Source of the DNA: a virus
Lineage: Duplodnaviria; Caudoviricetes
Virus record (IMG/VR): IMGVR_UViG_3300014204_000124
Location: 65,635-129,634 of that record
Reading direction: 5' to 3' (one strand)
Length of the DNA stretch: 64,000 nt
Shown: piece after piece, positions 9,110 through 17,955 of the stretch
How the letters are laid out: each line of letters begins with the position of its first letter
How positions within the stretch are numbered: the first letter of the stretch is position 1
Notes under the pieces: generated by a model
What the model was told of the DNA's origin: nothing
What the model saw: only the letters and a program-made list of their open reading frames with translations
The model's database searches: none
Made by a program: the position numbers and the translations under genes

Positions 9110-9548
9110 TAACAAGTTGATAAGTGAGGGGCACGATCCGGTGGCTGCCATGGAGTTGCGAGCGACTGGGCTGCTTGGTCGCATCAATAGGATGCTGGCC
9201 GATGCTGAGCTTGCGATAGTGTTTGTTTATGGTGAGGGAGTTTCTCCCACAACATCAGGTCCGATGGAGGTTCGGATAGAGAAGGTTCGCAAGGCATCGG
9301 CAGTTACCAATGAGGTAATCGATTTGGGCATAGGTGTTGTTGCCAGTATTCCGACTGCCCACCCAGACGTGAACACGGAGTGGGGTGTTGTTGGGGACGA
9401 TGGTATGATTCCGATTCCGAGGGGGTTTGTGGTTTTGAGCAAGGAGGAAGTTGCAGGAGAAGTTCTCTGTATTTTGGGGCAGATTGGGGGTCAAGGTAAG
9501 AAGTATAGTGTGCCTGATTCCGATCTTTCATTGGTTAAGTTTATTTAG
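9093..9548 (+). CDS. hypothetical protein
   Basis: ORF overlapping the upstream stop within the operon. Confidence 0.55.
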   Translation: MRITTDNKLISEGHDPVAAMELRATGLLGRINRMLADAELAIVFVYGEGVSPTTSGPMEVRIEKVRKASAVTNEVIDLGIGVVASIPTAHPDVNTEWGVVGDDGMIPIPRGFVVLSKEEVAGEVLCILGQIGGQGKKYSVPDSDLSLVKFI

Positions 9549-9557
9549 GGGGATATA

Positions 9558-9875
9558 ATGCCTGTAGCGATGGAACTTCCATTTGGATTTGAGCCGATGC
9601 ACGATTGGGTTGTATTGCGACCTATTGAAGATCCGACATCGGAGACGGGGCGTTTGGTCACGATAGATAGGGGGAAGGGATTGGCCTATCTATGGGGGGA
9701 GGTTCTCCAGGTAGGAGAGGGTAGCATGTATTTTGGGGGCAAGATCGTTCCTTTGGACGTGAAGATTGGCGACAAGGTTATGTTTGGCCATGCAGCGGCT
9801 GTTTCTATTCAGCGAGATGGCGAACTTCTGTATATCGTTCAGGAGACTTACATCGTGCAGGTTTTCGAATCTTAG
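9558..9875 (+). CDS. groES: co-chaperonin GroES-like protein
   Basis: FEPMHDWVVL...GEVLQVGEG...PLDVKIGDKVMF. Confidence 0.85.
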   Translation: MPVAMELPFGFEPMHDWVVLRPIEDPTSETGRLVTIDRGKGLAYLWGEVLQVGEGSMYFGGKIVPLDVKIGDKVMFGHAAAVSIQRDGELLYIVQETYIVQVFES

Positions 9876-9895
9876 TTTTCCCCGAAAATAAACCC

Positions 9896-9928
9896 TTGAC
9901 TTCTTTGGCCGCTGGATTATGCTGTAAG
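9896..9928 (+). promoter_or_regulatory. phage early promoter (repeated motif)
   Basis: TTGACT-16nt-TATGCT-GTAAG. Confidence 0.8.
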
Positions 9929-10009
9929 CGTCCAGTTGGAACTGGGCAGCTTACGGGAGCAACCCCGACGAGGCTAACTGGGGCCTAAACCAGATTTGGA
10001 GGAGAAACC

Positions 10010-11062
10010 ATGAGTAGCGGTATACTTGAAAACGATACGATCGCTTGGTGGGGGAAAATGCCCTGGCACAAGTTAGGGACTCCTATCCCGGAGTTACTTC
10101 CCGCTAGGGAGATGATCATCATGGCTGGCTTAGACTGGCAAGTGGAAAAGTGGCCGCTCGTGGCTACCGAGAAATTCGGGGCCGGGGCTTCGGACGCTGC
10201 GAAGGAAGTCGTGTTGGGCCAGCGTGCCCCGATTATCACGACGCTCCAGAATGAGGTTGCGACGATTCGCCGTTTGGGCGATGGAACGGCGTTGGCTCTG
10301 GGCGTGGTTGGAAAGGGTTACACGCCCGTCCAGAACGTTGAAGCGTTCGATTTCCTTGACGGGTTGGCCGAAGAGGGCCGTGTCAAGTTCGAAGTCGCTG
10401 GGTCGCTCAACAACGGAGCGAGAGTCTGGGCACTGGCGAAAGTGGGCAGTTTCTCCATTCCGGGGACGGAAGACGAGTCGCTGCAATACTTGCTTTTGTG
10501 CAACGATCACGCCGGGAAGATGGCTATGCGGGCGTTTTTCACGACAGTTCGTGTTGTGTGCGCAAACACGATGAACATTGCGTTGTCGAAGGGCCGTGGC
10601 GAAGGCGTTACGATTCGGCACTGCGGGGATGTGCGGGTCAAACTGCAAGAAGCGCAGCGAGTTCTGGCCGCGTCGAGCGATGTGTTTGTCGACTGGCAGG
10701 CGAAGGCAGAGTTGTTGGCCCGCAAGCAGTTGAACGATGCGGTTCTCCAGCAAGTCTGGCTTTCGTTGATGCCAGATCCGAAACCGAAGAAAGACGACAA
10801 GGGCAACGAGATCCCGGTGTCGAATTCGAGGGCGAAGGGTGTGCGGGCCGAACTGACTCGGTTGTTCGACGAGGGCAAGGGCAACGAACTTCGCGGCGTC
10901 AAGGGTACGGCGTGGGCAGCGTTGAACGCGGTGACTGAGTTCATCGATCATGGTCGCAACGAGGCCGGGGCTCAGGACAAGAGATTAGCGTCAGCATGGT
11001 TTGGGCAAGGTGCTCAGATCAAACAGGACGCTGCTGATTTCCTCTTCCAGGCTGCTGTGTAG
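10010..11062 (+). CDS. DUF932/DUF945 family phage/plasmid protein
   Basis: PWHKLG, AGLDWQV, YTPVQN.EAFDF, RVVCANT, GTAWAALNAVTEFIDH. Confidence 0.9.
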   Translation: MSSGILENDTIAWWGKMPWHKLGTPIPELLPAREMIIMAGLDWQVEKWPLVATEKFGAGASDAAKEVVLGQRAPIITTLQNEVATIRRLGDGTALALGVVGKGYTPVQNVEAFDFLDGLAEEGRVKFEVAGSLNNGARVWALAKVGSFSIPGTEDESLQYLLLCNDHAGKMAMRAFFTTVRVVCANTMNIALSKGRGEGVTIRHCGDVRVKLQEAQRVLAASSDVFVDWQAKAELLARKQLNDAVLQQVWLSLMPDPKPKKDDKGNEIPVSNSRAKGVRAELTRLFDEGKGNELRGVKGTAWAALNAVTEFIDHGRNEAGAQDKRLASAWFGQGAQIKQDAADFLFQAAV

Positions 11063-11086
11063 CATCCTGGTGGCTGTCAGTGTTTT

Positions 11087-11124
11087 AGGGGCGTGGACCC
11101 GAGAGGGGAAGCGCCTTTTTTTTT
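11087..11124 (+). terminator. rho-independent terminator
   Basis: AGGGGCGT...GCGCCTTT stem with inner CCC-GAGA-GGG, followed by a T9 run. Confidence 0.7.
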
Positions 11125-11126
11125 GC

Positions 11127-11155
11127 TTGCGTAACGCGGCGAGGCCCGTTATAGT
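11127..11155 (+). promoter_or_regulatory. putative promoter
   Basis: TTGCGT-17nt-TATAGT right after the terminator. Confidence 0.55.
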
Positions 11156-11172
11156 ACAACACGGGGGTTGTT

Positions 11173-11748
11173 ATGGAAAAGAGAATTCGATTATTTTTCC
11201 CAAACGGAGCGGAAGTTGAGAAGGGCACGGTAGTCCAGAGTGTCCCGCAGCACGGTCCGTTTGCGTGGAGGGGCGTTGTTGCGTCGTTTTTGGCTTTTGA
11301 CGGGGTTTTCAACGATAGCGTTAGCGTTTTTGTTGACGTGGAACTCGACGTGGAAACGGAAGTTGTCACGCTGCTTTCCGGCATCCAGTTGGGCGACGAA
11401 GTTTTCCTAAACAACGAGTACAGGGTGTCGGGATCTGTGAGGGGGCCAGTCGTTGTTGTGACATTTGGCGGTGTAGTTTTCGCTGAGTGGAGTCCTGGGA
11501 ATGGGACGCGATACACTGCGATGGCGAGCAAGATCGGGCATTGTTGTTTGTCCGATGGGGTAGGGGGTCTTGGTTTATTGGACGATGGAATCGTCCTTAC
11601 CTTGGGCCATAATAAGGTTTCGTACTTCGTAACTGGGGAGATGCTTCACTCCAGTTATGTGAAGGAAAAATGGGGTGTGAGGGATGCTGACCTGGAGGGC
11701 TCTACCGCTGTGCTGAGCGCTGCTGTAGCGGGGGTCCAATTACCATGA
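11173..11748 (+). CDS. hypothetical protein
   Basis: ORF downstream of promoter; ATGA overlap with the next gene. Confidence 0.6.
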   Translation: MEKRIRLFFPNGAEVEKGTVVQSVPQHGPFAWRGVVASFLAFDGVFNDSVSVFVDVELDVETEVVTLLSGIQLGDEVFLNNEYRVSGSVRGPVVVVTFGGVVFAEWSPGNGTRYTAMASKIGHCCLSDGVGGLGLLDDGIVLTLGHNKVSYFVTGEMLHSSYVKEKWGVRDADLEGSTAVLSAAVAGVQLP

Positions 11749-11957
11749 AAAAAAATGTCGTGGACAAAATTACTGAGGCGTTTATGGCAACAAACGAAGG
11801 ACGTGGCGTGCCTTATGTAGTGGCGTCTGTGGCGATTGAGTTTACGTTATGGGAGCTCCAAGACTCTGGTGTTATAGGGGACATTGAGGAGTGTGAGTGC
11901 GGGTTACTGAGGGCGGCGACAGATGGGTGCCCCCACCAAGGAGAAGGCAATGAGTGA
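11745..11957 (+). CDS. small hypothetical protein
   Basis: Coupled ORF, CEC...CPH. Confidence 0.5.
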   Translation: MKKNVVDKITEAFMATNEGRGVPYVVASVAIEFTLWELQDSGVIGDIEECECGLLRAATDGCPHQGEGNE

Positions 11958-12210
11958 ATTAGTAGAGAGGATAGAGGCTTTAGAAAAGCGTGTGGAGCAT
12001 TTTTTGCCGCTTCCTGAGACGAAGGAGTGTGAGTGCGGCAAGAAGATGGTTCGGGTTAGGACTGGAACGGCGTTGATGACCCATCCTGTCCGGTATCGCA
12101 CCATGTTTTGGTGCAAATGTGGGAGAAAAGAGGATGCTGGTTTGGAAGTAGCCAAGTCGGCAGACGATTATTTTGAGGAGCTTTGGCTTAAGGCAAACTG
12201 GGAGGTATAG
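11950..12210 (+). CDS. small Zn-ribbon protein
   Basis: CECG...CKCG. Confidence 0.6.
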   Translation: MSELVERIEALEKRVEHFLPLPETKECECGKKMVRVRTGTALMTHPVRYRTMFWCKCGRKEDAGLEVAKSADDYFEELWLKANWEV

Positions 12211-12213
12211 AAT

Positions 12214-13161
12214 ATGTTATTGAAGTACGGGGATCGCAGACCAGAAGTTGAGATTTTGCAGCGTGCGTTGAAGGCGAAGGGGTTGTATCGGGCCAAACTG
12301 GATTCGATTTATGATGTACGAACGCAACGAGCGGTTTCGGAGTTGCAAAGGCATTCGGGGCTACCTATAGATGGTCAGGCAGATGAAGCGGTTTTGCGGA
12401 TGTTGGGGCTGCTCGACAGACCGAAGTCAAATAAGGACGACAAGACCTCTTTGCTGTCTATAGGACCGCTGACGCGAGCTGACAAGGCGGACATAGTGAC
12501 GGCTGTCTCTGCATTTATCGGCGATTTTACAACCTGCGGTAGGGGTAGTTCTTTCAGCCGAGGGGATGAAGCGGTTCCATGGTATACTGGGCTGAGGTTT
12601 GGATTATTCCAGTTTTCTCAGGATAGTGGGGATTTGGGTTGTCTTTTGCGCGCTATGAGAGAGAGGAAGCCCACTATTTTTGATCGTACGTTCGGTATGT
12701 CTTCTTCTGAGTTGGTGCGGGTAACGAATCTTCCGGGTCTGCCTCTTCGAGTTGAGGATTCCACGTCTTCCACCGGATTCGTCTTGAGGTCTCCACGAGT
12801 TGTTCCCATTGAAGGTGCCGACTTGTGGAAGGAACCGTGGTTGAGTGCTTTCTCGAAGGCGGGGGAAGATCCCGATTTCCAGCAGGTTCAGGTTGATGTT
12901 GCCATTCAGTTGTATTTCGACCCGATGTTGGAGAGGGCGAAGGGGGTTATGAGCGAGAAGGGTCTAGCTATTCTCTTAGATAGGTATGTTGATTTGGGCA
13001 AGAAGGGATATGGGGCGTTATTCAGGAACATGCCATCTTGGTCTTCCGAGAGGGAGTGGTTTGAGCTTTTGTACGAGCGCAATTCCACGAAGGAATGGGC
13101 GTTTCGACTTCGTACGCTGCTTGATAGCGAGCAGGTGTCTTGGTTCAAGCGTTTTGAGTAA
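12214..13161 (+). CDS. putative endolysin: peptidoglycan-binding domain plus lysozyme-like domain
   Basis: LKYGDR..EV..LQRAL...D.IY...T.RAV..LQ...GL.IDG (PG_binding_1-like); GLRFGLFQFSQDSGDL catalytic-like segment. Confidence 0.7.
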   Translation: MLLKYGDRRPEVEILQRALKAKGLYRAKLDSIYDVRTQRAVSELQRHSGLPIDGQADEAVLRMLGLLDRPKSNKDDKTSLLSIGPLTRADKADIVTAVSAFIGDFTTCGRGSSFSRGDEAVPWYTGLRFGLFQFSQDSGDLGCLLRAMRERKPTIFDRTFGMSSSELVRVTNLPGLPLRVEDSTSSTGFVLRSPRVVPIEGADLWKEPWLSAFSKAGEDPDFQQVQVDVAIQLYFDPMLERAKGVMSEKGLAILLDRYVDLGKKGYGALFRNMPSWSSEREWFELLYERNSTKEWAFRLRTLLDSEQVSWFKRFE

Positions 13162-13167
13162 GGAACC

Positions 13168-13815
13168 ATGGGGCGATGTTCCTTTGCCGCTGCTTTTACG
13201 GCGTGTCAGGGGGAGCAGAACTGTTTGGTCGCAACTGTGGGAGTGGTTGTGGAAGATCGTCGATTAGAGCAGATAGGTAGCGATTTCTACGAGACCCCGC
13301 CTGAGATTTTCTTGCCATTGAAGGACGAGTTTGGGTTCACTGTGGACGTATGCGCCACGAAGTGGACTGCGAAGTGTCCCCGATTTTACACGCCAAAGGA
13401 AGACGGTTTGAGCGTATCCTGGGCGGGGGATATAGTGTGGTGCAATCCGCCATATTCCAATGTTACGAAGTGGGTGAGGAAGGCGTGGCAGGAGTCTCAG
13501 AATCCTGGTACTGTCGTAGTAATGTTGCTATGGGCGCGTTTGGATTCTTCATGGTGTGAGGCATACGTGCTCCCCGATTTGGACGGGGCATCGGAGCGGC
13601 GGGTTCATAATGCTGCCGAGTTGAGGTTCCCTCGTGGGCGTGTAACGTATTTATTGCGAGGCGAGCGGCAGGGGAGTCCGATGCTTCCTGCGATGGTCGT
13701 CGTGTTTCGGTATGGCCACATTGGTTCTCCTGTGGTTTCTTCTATCAGGAAGGCCAGGAGTTTTGTCCCTCTAGCGAAGCGTAAGAAGTTGCCTGTTGCT
13801 AGGATTCTTTTGTAA
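13168..13815 (+). CDS. phage DNA N6-adenine methyltransferase (Dam-like)
   Basis: YETP, FTVDVCA, DGLSVSW, WCNPPYS motifs; exact start uncertain. Confidence 0.9.
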   Translation: MGRCSFAAAFTACQGEQNCLVATVGVVVEDRRLEQIGSDFYETPPEIFLPLKDEFGFTVDVCATKWTAKCPRFYTPKEDGLSVSWAGDIVWCNPPYSNVTKWVRKAWQESQNPGTVVVMLLWARLDSSWCEAYVLPDLDGASERRVHNAAELRFPRGRVTYLLRGERQGSPMLPAMVVVFRYGHIGSPVVSSIRKARSFVPLAKRKKLPVARILL

Positions 13816-13825
13816 GGGGGTGTTT

Positions 13826-14089
13826 ATGTCTACTGCTATTCAGATTCCTCATCTTCGAAGTCCATTGGTGTGTTTGGCACAGGGTCCGAGGCCCGTCTAC
13901 GTTGTAGTTGGGTTTATTGTGCATCACGAGCGGAAGATGGTTGTTATCTCCGATGAGGCTGAGAAGCCAGACGAGGTAGAGGCTGAGATTTTTGTGAGGT
14001 TATCGTCGTTGTCTCCTGCTGTTAGGGCTGCCGTTCGTGAGGATATTCAGAATACGAAGGGAGTCACGTTGCCAGGGGTTGGGTCATGA
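13826..14089 (+). CDS. hypothetical protein
   Basis: GGGGG RBS; coupled ORF. Confidence 0.55.
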   Translation: MSTAIQIPHLRSPLVCLAQGPRPVYVVVGFIVHHERKMVVISDEAEKPDEVEAEIFVRLSSLSPAVRAAVREDIQNTKGVTLPGVGS

Positions 14090-14430
14090 AGTGGGGTGAG
14101 CGTAGGCGGCTGTCGGTAGACAGAGACTCAATAGTCCACGAGTTTGATTTTATGGGGATGTGCGGGACTATCACAGTGGGGTTGTATGAAGATGGGACGC
14201 CGGGGGAAATTTTTCTTCGGGTTGATAAGGGGGGGGATTTCACCAATGGCATGTGCAATGCTTTTGCAATAGCTTTCAGCACGGCGTTGCAGCATGGAGC
14301 ACCTCTGGGTGTTATGGTGAAGCGAATGCGTTATATGCGGTTCGGTGCTGAAGGGATAGGTGAAGGGACTTCTCTGATAGATTATTTGATGAGGTGGTTG
14401 GAGTCTAAGTTTCCGCAATCAATTGCGTAG
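14086..14430 (+). CDS. stand-alone class II ribonucleotide reductase C-terminal (TSCPD-like) domain
   Basis: ITVGLYEDGTPGEIF...FAIAFSTALQHGAPL...RF...SLIDYLMRWL. Confidence 0.8.
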   Translation: MKWGERRRLSVDRDSIVHEFDFMGMCGTITVGLYEDGTPGEIFLRVDKGGDFTNGMCNAFAIAFSTALQHGAPLGVMVKRMRYMRFGAEGIGEGTSLIDYLMRWLESKFPQSIA

Positions 14431-14459
14431 TTGACAAACGATGGTTACCAGACTATCGT
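14414..14459 (+). promoter_or_regulatory. palindromic site abutting a putative promoter
   Basis: CGCAATCAATTGCG (14414-14427), then TTGACA-17nt-TATCGT-GTAA. Confidence 0.6.
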
Positions 14460-14477
14460 GTAATCGGTGGAGGGACT

Positions 14478-14801
14478 ATGTGGTACGAAGTTTTTTTTAT
14501 TGATCCAGCGCATGTTTGCGAGATTCCGATGGTTGTAGGCCAGGGGGAGATCGTGAGTGTAGAACGCAGGTGGTATAAAGAAATGGGGCAAGTGGAGGCT
14601 GAATCTCCGATGCAGGCATGGCGATTACTCCATTCGTTAGAATCTTCAGAGGTTGGCGGTGGTGAGCCAGTGTGTTCGGCGCTAGGTCCGGGCAGAAGGG
14701 ACTGCCAGTTCGGGGATGTATTGGAGGATTCAGACGGCGGTTTGATTGTTTTTACGTTGCAGCAGGGCGGAAGCAGTCCTGGGAAGTGGGGGAGTTCATG
14801 A
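14478..14801 (+). CDS. hypothetical protein
   Basis: GGAGG RBS downstream of promoter. Confidence 0.6.
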   Translation: MWYEVFFIDPAHVCEIPMVVGQGEIVSVERRWYKEMGQVEAESPMQAWRLLHSLESSEVGGGEPVCSALGPGRRDCQFGDVLEDSDGGLIVFTLQQGGSSPGKWGSS

Positions 14802-14983
14802 TAGGTAGAACGGTACAATTGAGTCCATCAGATGTGGCGACGGTCAAAGAGTGGTTCGAAGCTGCGTTGTTGGCGTCTCCTACGGGGAGTGCTATGCCGG
14901 GGATGGAGTTGGCAAGGCAGTTGGGTTTTATAGAGAAGGGGAAAGATGAGGCGACGAACCAGGGCAGCGTCATCGGAGTGTGA
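14798..14983 (+). CDS. small hypothetical protein
   Basis: GGAG RBS; ATGA overlap. Confidence 0.45.
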   Translation: MIGRTVQLSPSDVATVKEWFEAALLASPTGSAMPGMELARQLGFIEKGKDEATNQGSVIGV

Positions 14984-15164
14984 CCATCTTCTCGTACAAG
15001 ATCTTCTTTTGTCCGGGATGAGTGTAAAGACTTTATTACGGACTGTCTGTGAAAGTCCCGCCCGCGGGGAAGATTTTTTCATTAGAGTTTTGGTCGGTCG
15101 GTTGACTTCTCTTGAGCGCAGGAGGATGTCAGCATTGCTTCTAAAAACCGTGATGTCACGCTAA
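14946..15164 (+). CDS. small hypothetical protein
   Basis: ORF in operon. Confidence 0.4.
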   Translation: MRRRTRAASSECDHLLVQDLLLSGMSVKTLLRTVCESPARGEDFFIRVLVGRLTSLERRRMSALLLKTVMSR

Positions 15165-15228
15165 AAGTTTATTGAAGTCATCGGCATATCTGTTACTATG
15201 CGATAGGTGGTATAACGGAGGGGCCATT

Positions 15229-15498
15229 ATGGGAGAAGATTTTGTTGTTGTGTGGGTTGAGCAGACGGTGAAGTTGCTGGTTGATAAACCCGAAGAGGTT
15301 CTTGTGAAAACTTATGAAGTTGCCAGTCGCACCATTATAGAGGTGACTGTGGCACAGGGGGAGACGGGAAAGATCATTGGTCGTGGAGGGGAGACGGCTT
15401 TTGCCATTCGTAAATTGTTGACTGCTTTTTCGGGGCGGGAAAAGCGTCACTACCAATTTGAGGTTAATGACCCGACGCGAGAACGCCCTGTGATGTAG
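15229..15498 (+). CDS. khpA: KH-domain RNA-binding protein (KhpA-like)
   Basis: LVDKPEEV...EVTVA..ETGKIIGRGGETAFAIRKLL with GxxG loop; GGAGG RBS. Confidence 0.88.
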   Translation: MGEDFVVVWVEQTVKLLVDKPEEVLVKTYEVASRTIIEVTVAQGETGKIIGRGGETAFAIRKLLTAFSGREKRHYQFEVNDPTRERPVM

Positions 15499-15530
15499 CC
15501 CTGTGTTTTTGTTCCTGCGGATCTTTTCGC

Positions 15531-15561
15531 TTGACTATATTCCAAACCCGATTATGCTGTA
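15531..15561 (+). promoter_or_regulatory. phage early promoter (repeated motif)
   Basis: TTGACT-16nt-TATGCT-GTA. Confidence 0.78.
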
Positions 15562-15612
15562 TTCGAGTTCGCTGGTATGCGACTATTGCTGACAGCTTTT
15601 GCGGGGGTCGTA

Positions 15613-16872
15613 ATGAAAATTGAGTTGACACTGAGTTCCAAGTATTGCCAGAACTGGGGCGTTTGGGAAGGGCTTAGGGAATTCGCTCAGAATGGTATGG
15701 ATGCCCAGGATGAGGGCTTCCCGTTCACGGTAGAGCGTAAGAATGGCAGGGTCAGGTTTTTCTCTGCCGGTGCCAGTATCACAACAGATTCCCTCTTGCT
15801 GGGGGAGAGTAAAAAAGGTACAGACGCCCGCGGGCGTTTTGGTGAGGGGTACAAAGTCGGGGCTCTTGCTCTTCTGCGGTCGGGCAAGAGGGTAACCTTG
15901 CGAACGGGGGTGGAACGGTGGAAGTTCGGGTTCCAGAATTCTAAGGCTTTTGGAGCCAAGGTATTGTGCGTTACCACATCCCAAAACAAAAGTGTGGTGG
16001 ATGGTGTTGAGATAGTGGTGTCTGACGTGAGCCAGGAGGAGTGGGACGCGTTCCAGGAGCGGATATTGCCCCCATCCGGGGAAGAGATTTTCGAGGTCCC
16101 TTATGTGGGACGGCTTTTATTGAAATCGTGTTTTCGGGGCAAGCTTTTTGTGCGTGGTATTTTTGTGCAGGGGTTGGAAGAAGGCTACAGATTTGGGTAC
16201 GATCTCCCTTTGGTTTTAGATCGGGACCGCATGATAGCACGGGATTTCGATATACAGTATTCAGCTAATCGCCTGCTAGAGGCGGCTATTGTCGCTGGTG
16301 TTGTAGAAGAAGACATGGGATTTTCCATGTTGGAAAGTGAAGCACCCGAGTTCGCTCCTATTACCGAGTGGACTCCGTTTTATGAGTGTTCCCGCCGAGA
16401 AGTGGCGGGGAAAATTGGCGCATCTTTTATTGAGCGCTATGGCCAGAAAGCCGTTCCTGTTTCGGATATGGAAATGGCAGACAATATCCGTTCTATCGGC
16501 TATGTGCCGGTCATTGTGCCCAAGGCGCTAAAAGTATATTTAGAAAATTCTTCTGTTGTTCCCCCTGCCAGGGGGCTTTTAGAGTGGGCCTTGGAGAAGG
16601 TATACTTGTATGAGGAGTTGTCAGCAAACGAGCGTTCTGTTCTGTCGTGGTGCCTAACATCATATAAGACGGCGAAGGAGAGCGCCGAACCTGTTGAAGT
16701 TGTTGATTTCCACGAGGGGGCGCTGAAGGTGCTTTCCAACGGGGGAAAAATCCTCATAGCGAGGGGGTTGTTATCGGATGCTTCTCAGTTGTTATTGCGT
16801 TTAATGAGGAACATTGATTCTGGGATTCGAGACGAGTGTTGGCTGCGTCTTGTCGTTCCAGTTGGGGTGTAG
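15613..16872 (+). CDS. GHKL-family ATPase domain protein
   Basis: LREFAQNGMDA, LLLGESKK, GRFGEGYK. Confidence 0.8.
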   Translation: MKIELTLSSKYCQNWGVWEGLREFAQNGMDAQDEGFPFTVERKNGRVRFFSAGASITTDSLLLGESKKGTDARGRFGEGYKVGALALLRSGKRVTLRTGVERWKFGFQNSKAFGAKVLCVTTSQNKSVVDGVEIVVSDVSQEEWDAFQERILPPSGEEIFEVPYVGRLLLKSCFRGKLFVRGIFVQGLEEGYRFGYDLPLVLDRDRMIARDFDIQYSANRLLEAAIVAGVVEEDMGFSMLESEAPEFAPITEWTPFYECSRREVAGKIGASFIERYGQKAVPVSDMEMADNIRSIGYVPVIVPKALKVYLENSSVVPPARGLLEWALEKVYLYEELSANERSVLSWCLTSYKTAKESAEPVEVVDFHEGALKVLSNGGKILIARGLLSDASQLLLRLMRNIDSGIRDECWLRLVVPVGV

Positions 16873-16873
16873 T

Positions 16874-17134
16874 TTGAGGAACCATGGCGATTTCGGTATT
16901 GGGGACAAAGTGAAAACTCCCAAGGGAGTCGGAACAGTTTTGGGGCGTTCCGACTATAAGGAATACTTATCTGTTTTGCCGGAATTTATGGTTGAGGGCG
17001 AACTCGCTCGTATACGGTCGGCGTACGGTGATGAGTGGCGTCGGTTGTTTTCCAATTATTCTGTTGAGGTAGGAGAAGGGGTAGAGTTTTTTGAATCTGG
17101 CAAGTTGGAGGCCGCAGATGAATCGGGTTATTGA
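16874..17134 (+). CDS. small SH3/KOW-like protein
   Basis: FGIGDKVKTPKGVGTV; TTG start inferred. Confidence 0.5.
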   Translation: MRNHGDFGIGDKVKTPKGVGTVLGRSDYKEYLSVLPEFMVEGELARIRSAYGDEWRRLFSNYSVEVGEGVEFFESGKLEAADESGY

Positions 17135-17954
17135 GGTTCCGGTGAGTTTGGTAACGGATACTACGGTTCTTTCGCCAGAGAAGGTGTTGATCATGGCTCT
17201 AATCGCTGCTCCGGGGCGAACTGCGAGTGCCGAGTGGTTATCAGACTTCTTGACGTGGGGATTGCCCCGCGTGGAGAAAGCCCTGCGAGGGTTAAAAGCT
17301 GCGGGGCGTTTGAACTATGAGGAGGGGATTGCCTCTTTTGTGGTTCGCACTGCGCCCCCCGTACAGGCGGTGGTAGACCGTTGTCGGGGGGGAAGTGGAG
17401 AGGCGGCGGTGTTAGAGCATAGCAGGGAGCGTGCTGCCATTGCCAGCGAGAAGCGGAAACTCAGCAGAACGAGACGCGAGAACGAGTTGTTCGGCAACAA
17501 GGAGTCTCGTGATCTAGCCGAGGTATCGGAGGTTAGGAGAGAGAGGAGCGAGATCCCAGAACTTACGGAGAAAGGTCGTAAGCGGGAACTCCGCGGTATA
17601 GGTGCTAAGATAAAGAGCGGAGCTTTTCAGGTTGAGGAGTGGTTTCGTACGTGGGTTCGGGAGAATGTAGACGCTGCATCTGCATCAGTATATGAGCCAT
17701 GGGACGGGGCTTCGCTGAAGTTGGCAGCGACGATGATTCAGTTCCATGGTATGGAGACGATGGAGAGGTTGGTGCTTCATTTTTTGAAGAACCATCCTTC
17801 GTATGGGATAACAGGGTTCCCTAATATGCGACAGCTTTACGGTTTCAGGGAGCGTGTGGCCAGTGAGATGGTAGGATACAAGGGCAAGAAGAAGGTTAAG
17901 CAGGGGGACTTCAACCCGGAGACGGCGGCGAAGTGCCCAAAGGTTGGGTGGTAA
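17118..17954 (+). CDS. putative replication initiator (N-terminal wHTH)
   Basis: LSPEKVL...SAEWLSDFL...VEKALRGLKAAGRL; lies directly upstream of loader and helicase. Confidence 0.65.
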   Translation: MNRVIEVPVSLVTDTTVLSPEKVLIMALIAAPGRTASAEWLSDFLTWGLPRVEKALRGLKAAGRLNYEEGIASFVVRTAPPVQAVVDRCRGGSGEAAVLEHSRERAAIASEKRKLSRTRRENELFGNKESRDLAEVSEVRRERSEIPELTEKGRKRELRGIGAKIKSGAFQVEEWFRTWVRENVDAASASVYEPWDGASLKLAATMIQFHGMETMERLVLHFLKNHPSYGITGFPNMRQLYGFRERVASEMVGYKGKKKVKQGDFNPETAAKCPKVGW

Positions 17955-17955
17955 T

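Noticed and set aside
9945-10000. c-di-GMP-I riboswitch or hammerhead ribozyme
   Set aside because: Only a GGCCTAAAC resemblance; the GGCAAA/CGCAAAGC core and CTGATGA/GAAA motifs are absent
16884-16913. RBS plus ATG with an A-AAG-TGA frameshift into the 16874 ORF
   Set aside because: The TTG-started frame already gives a natural FGIGDKVKTP motif, so recoding is not needed
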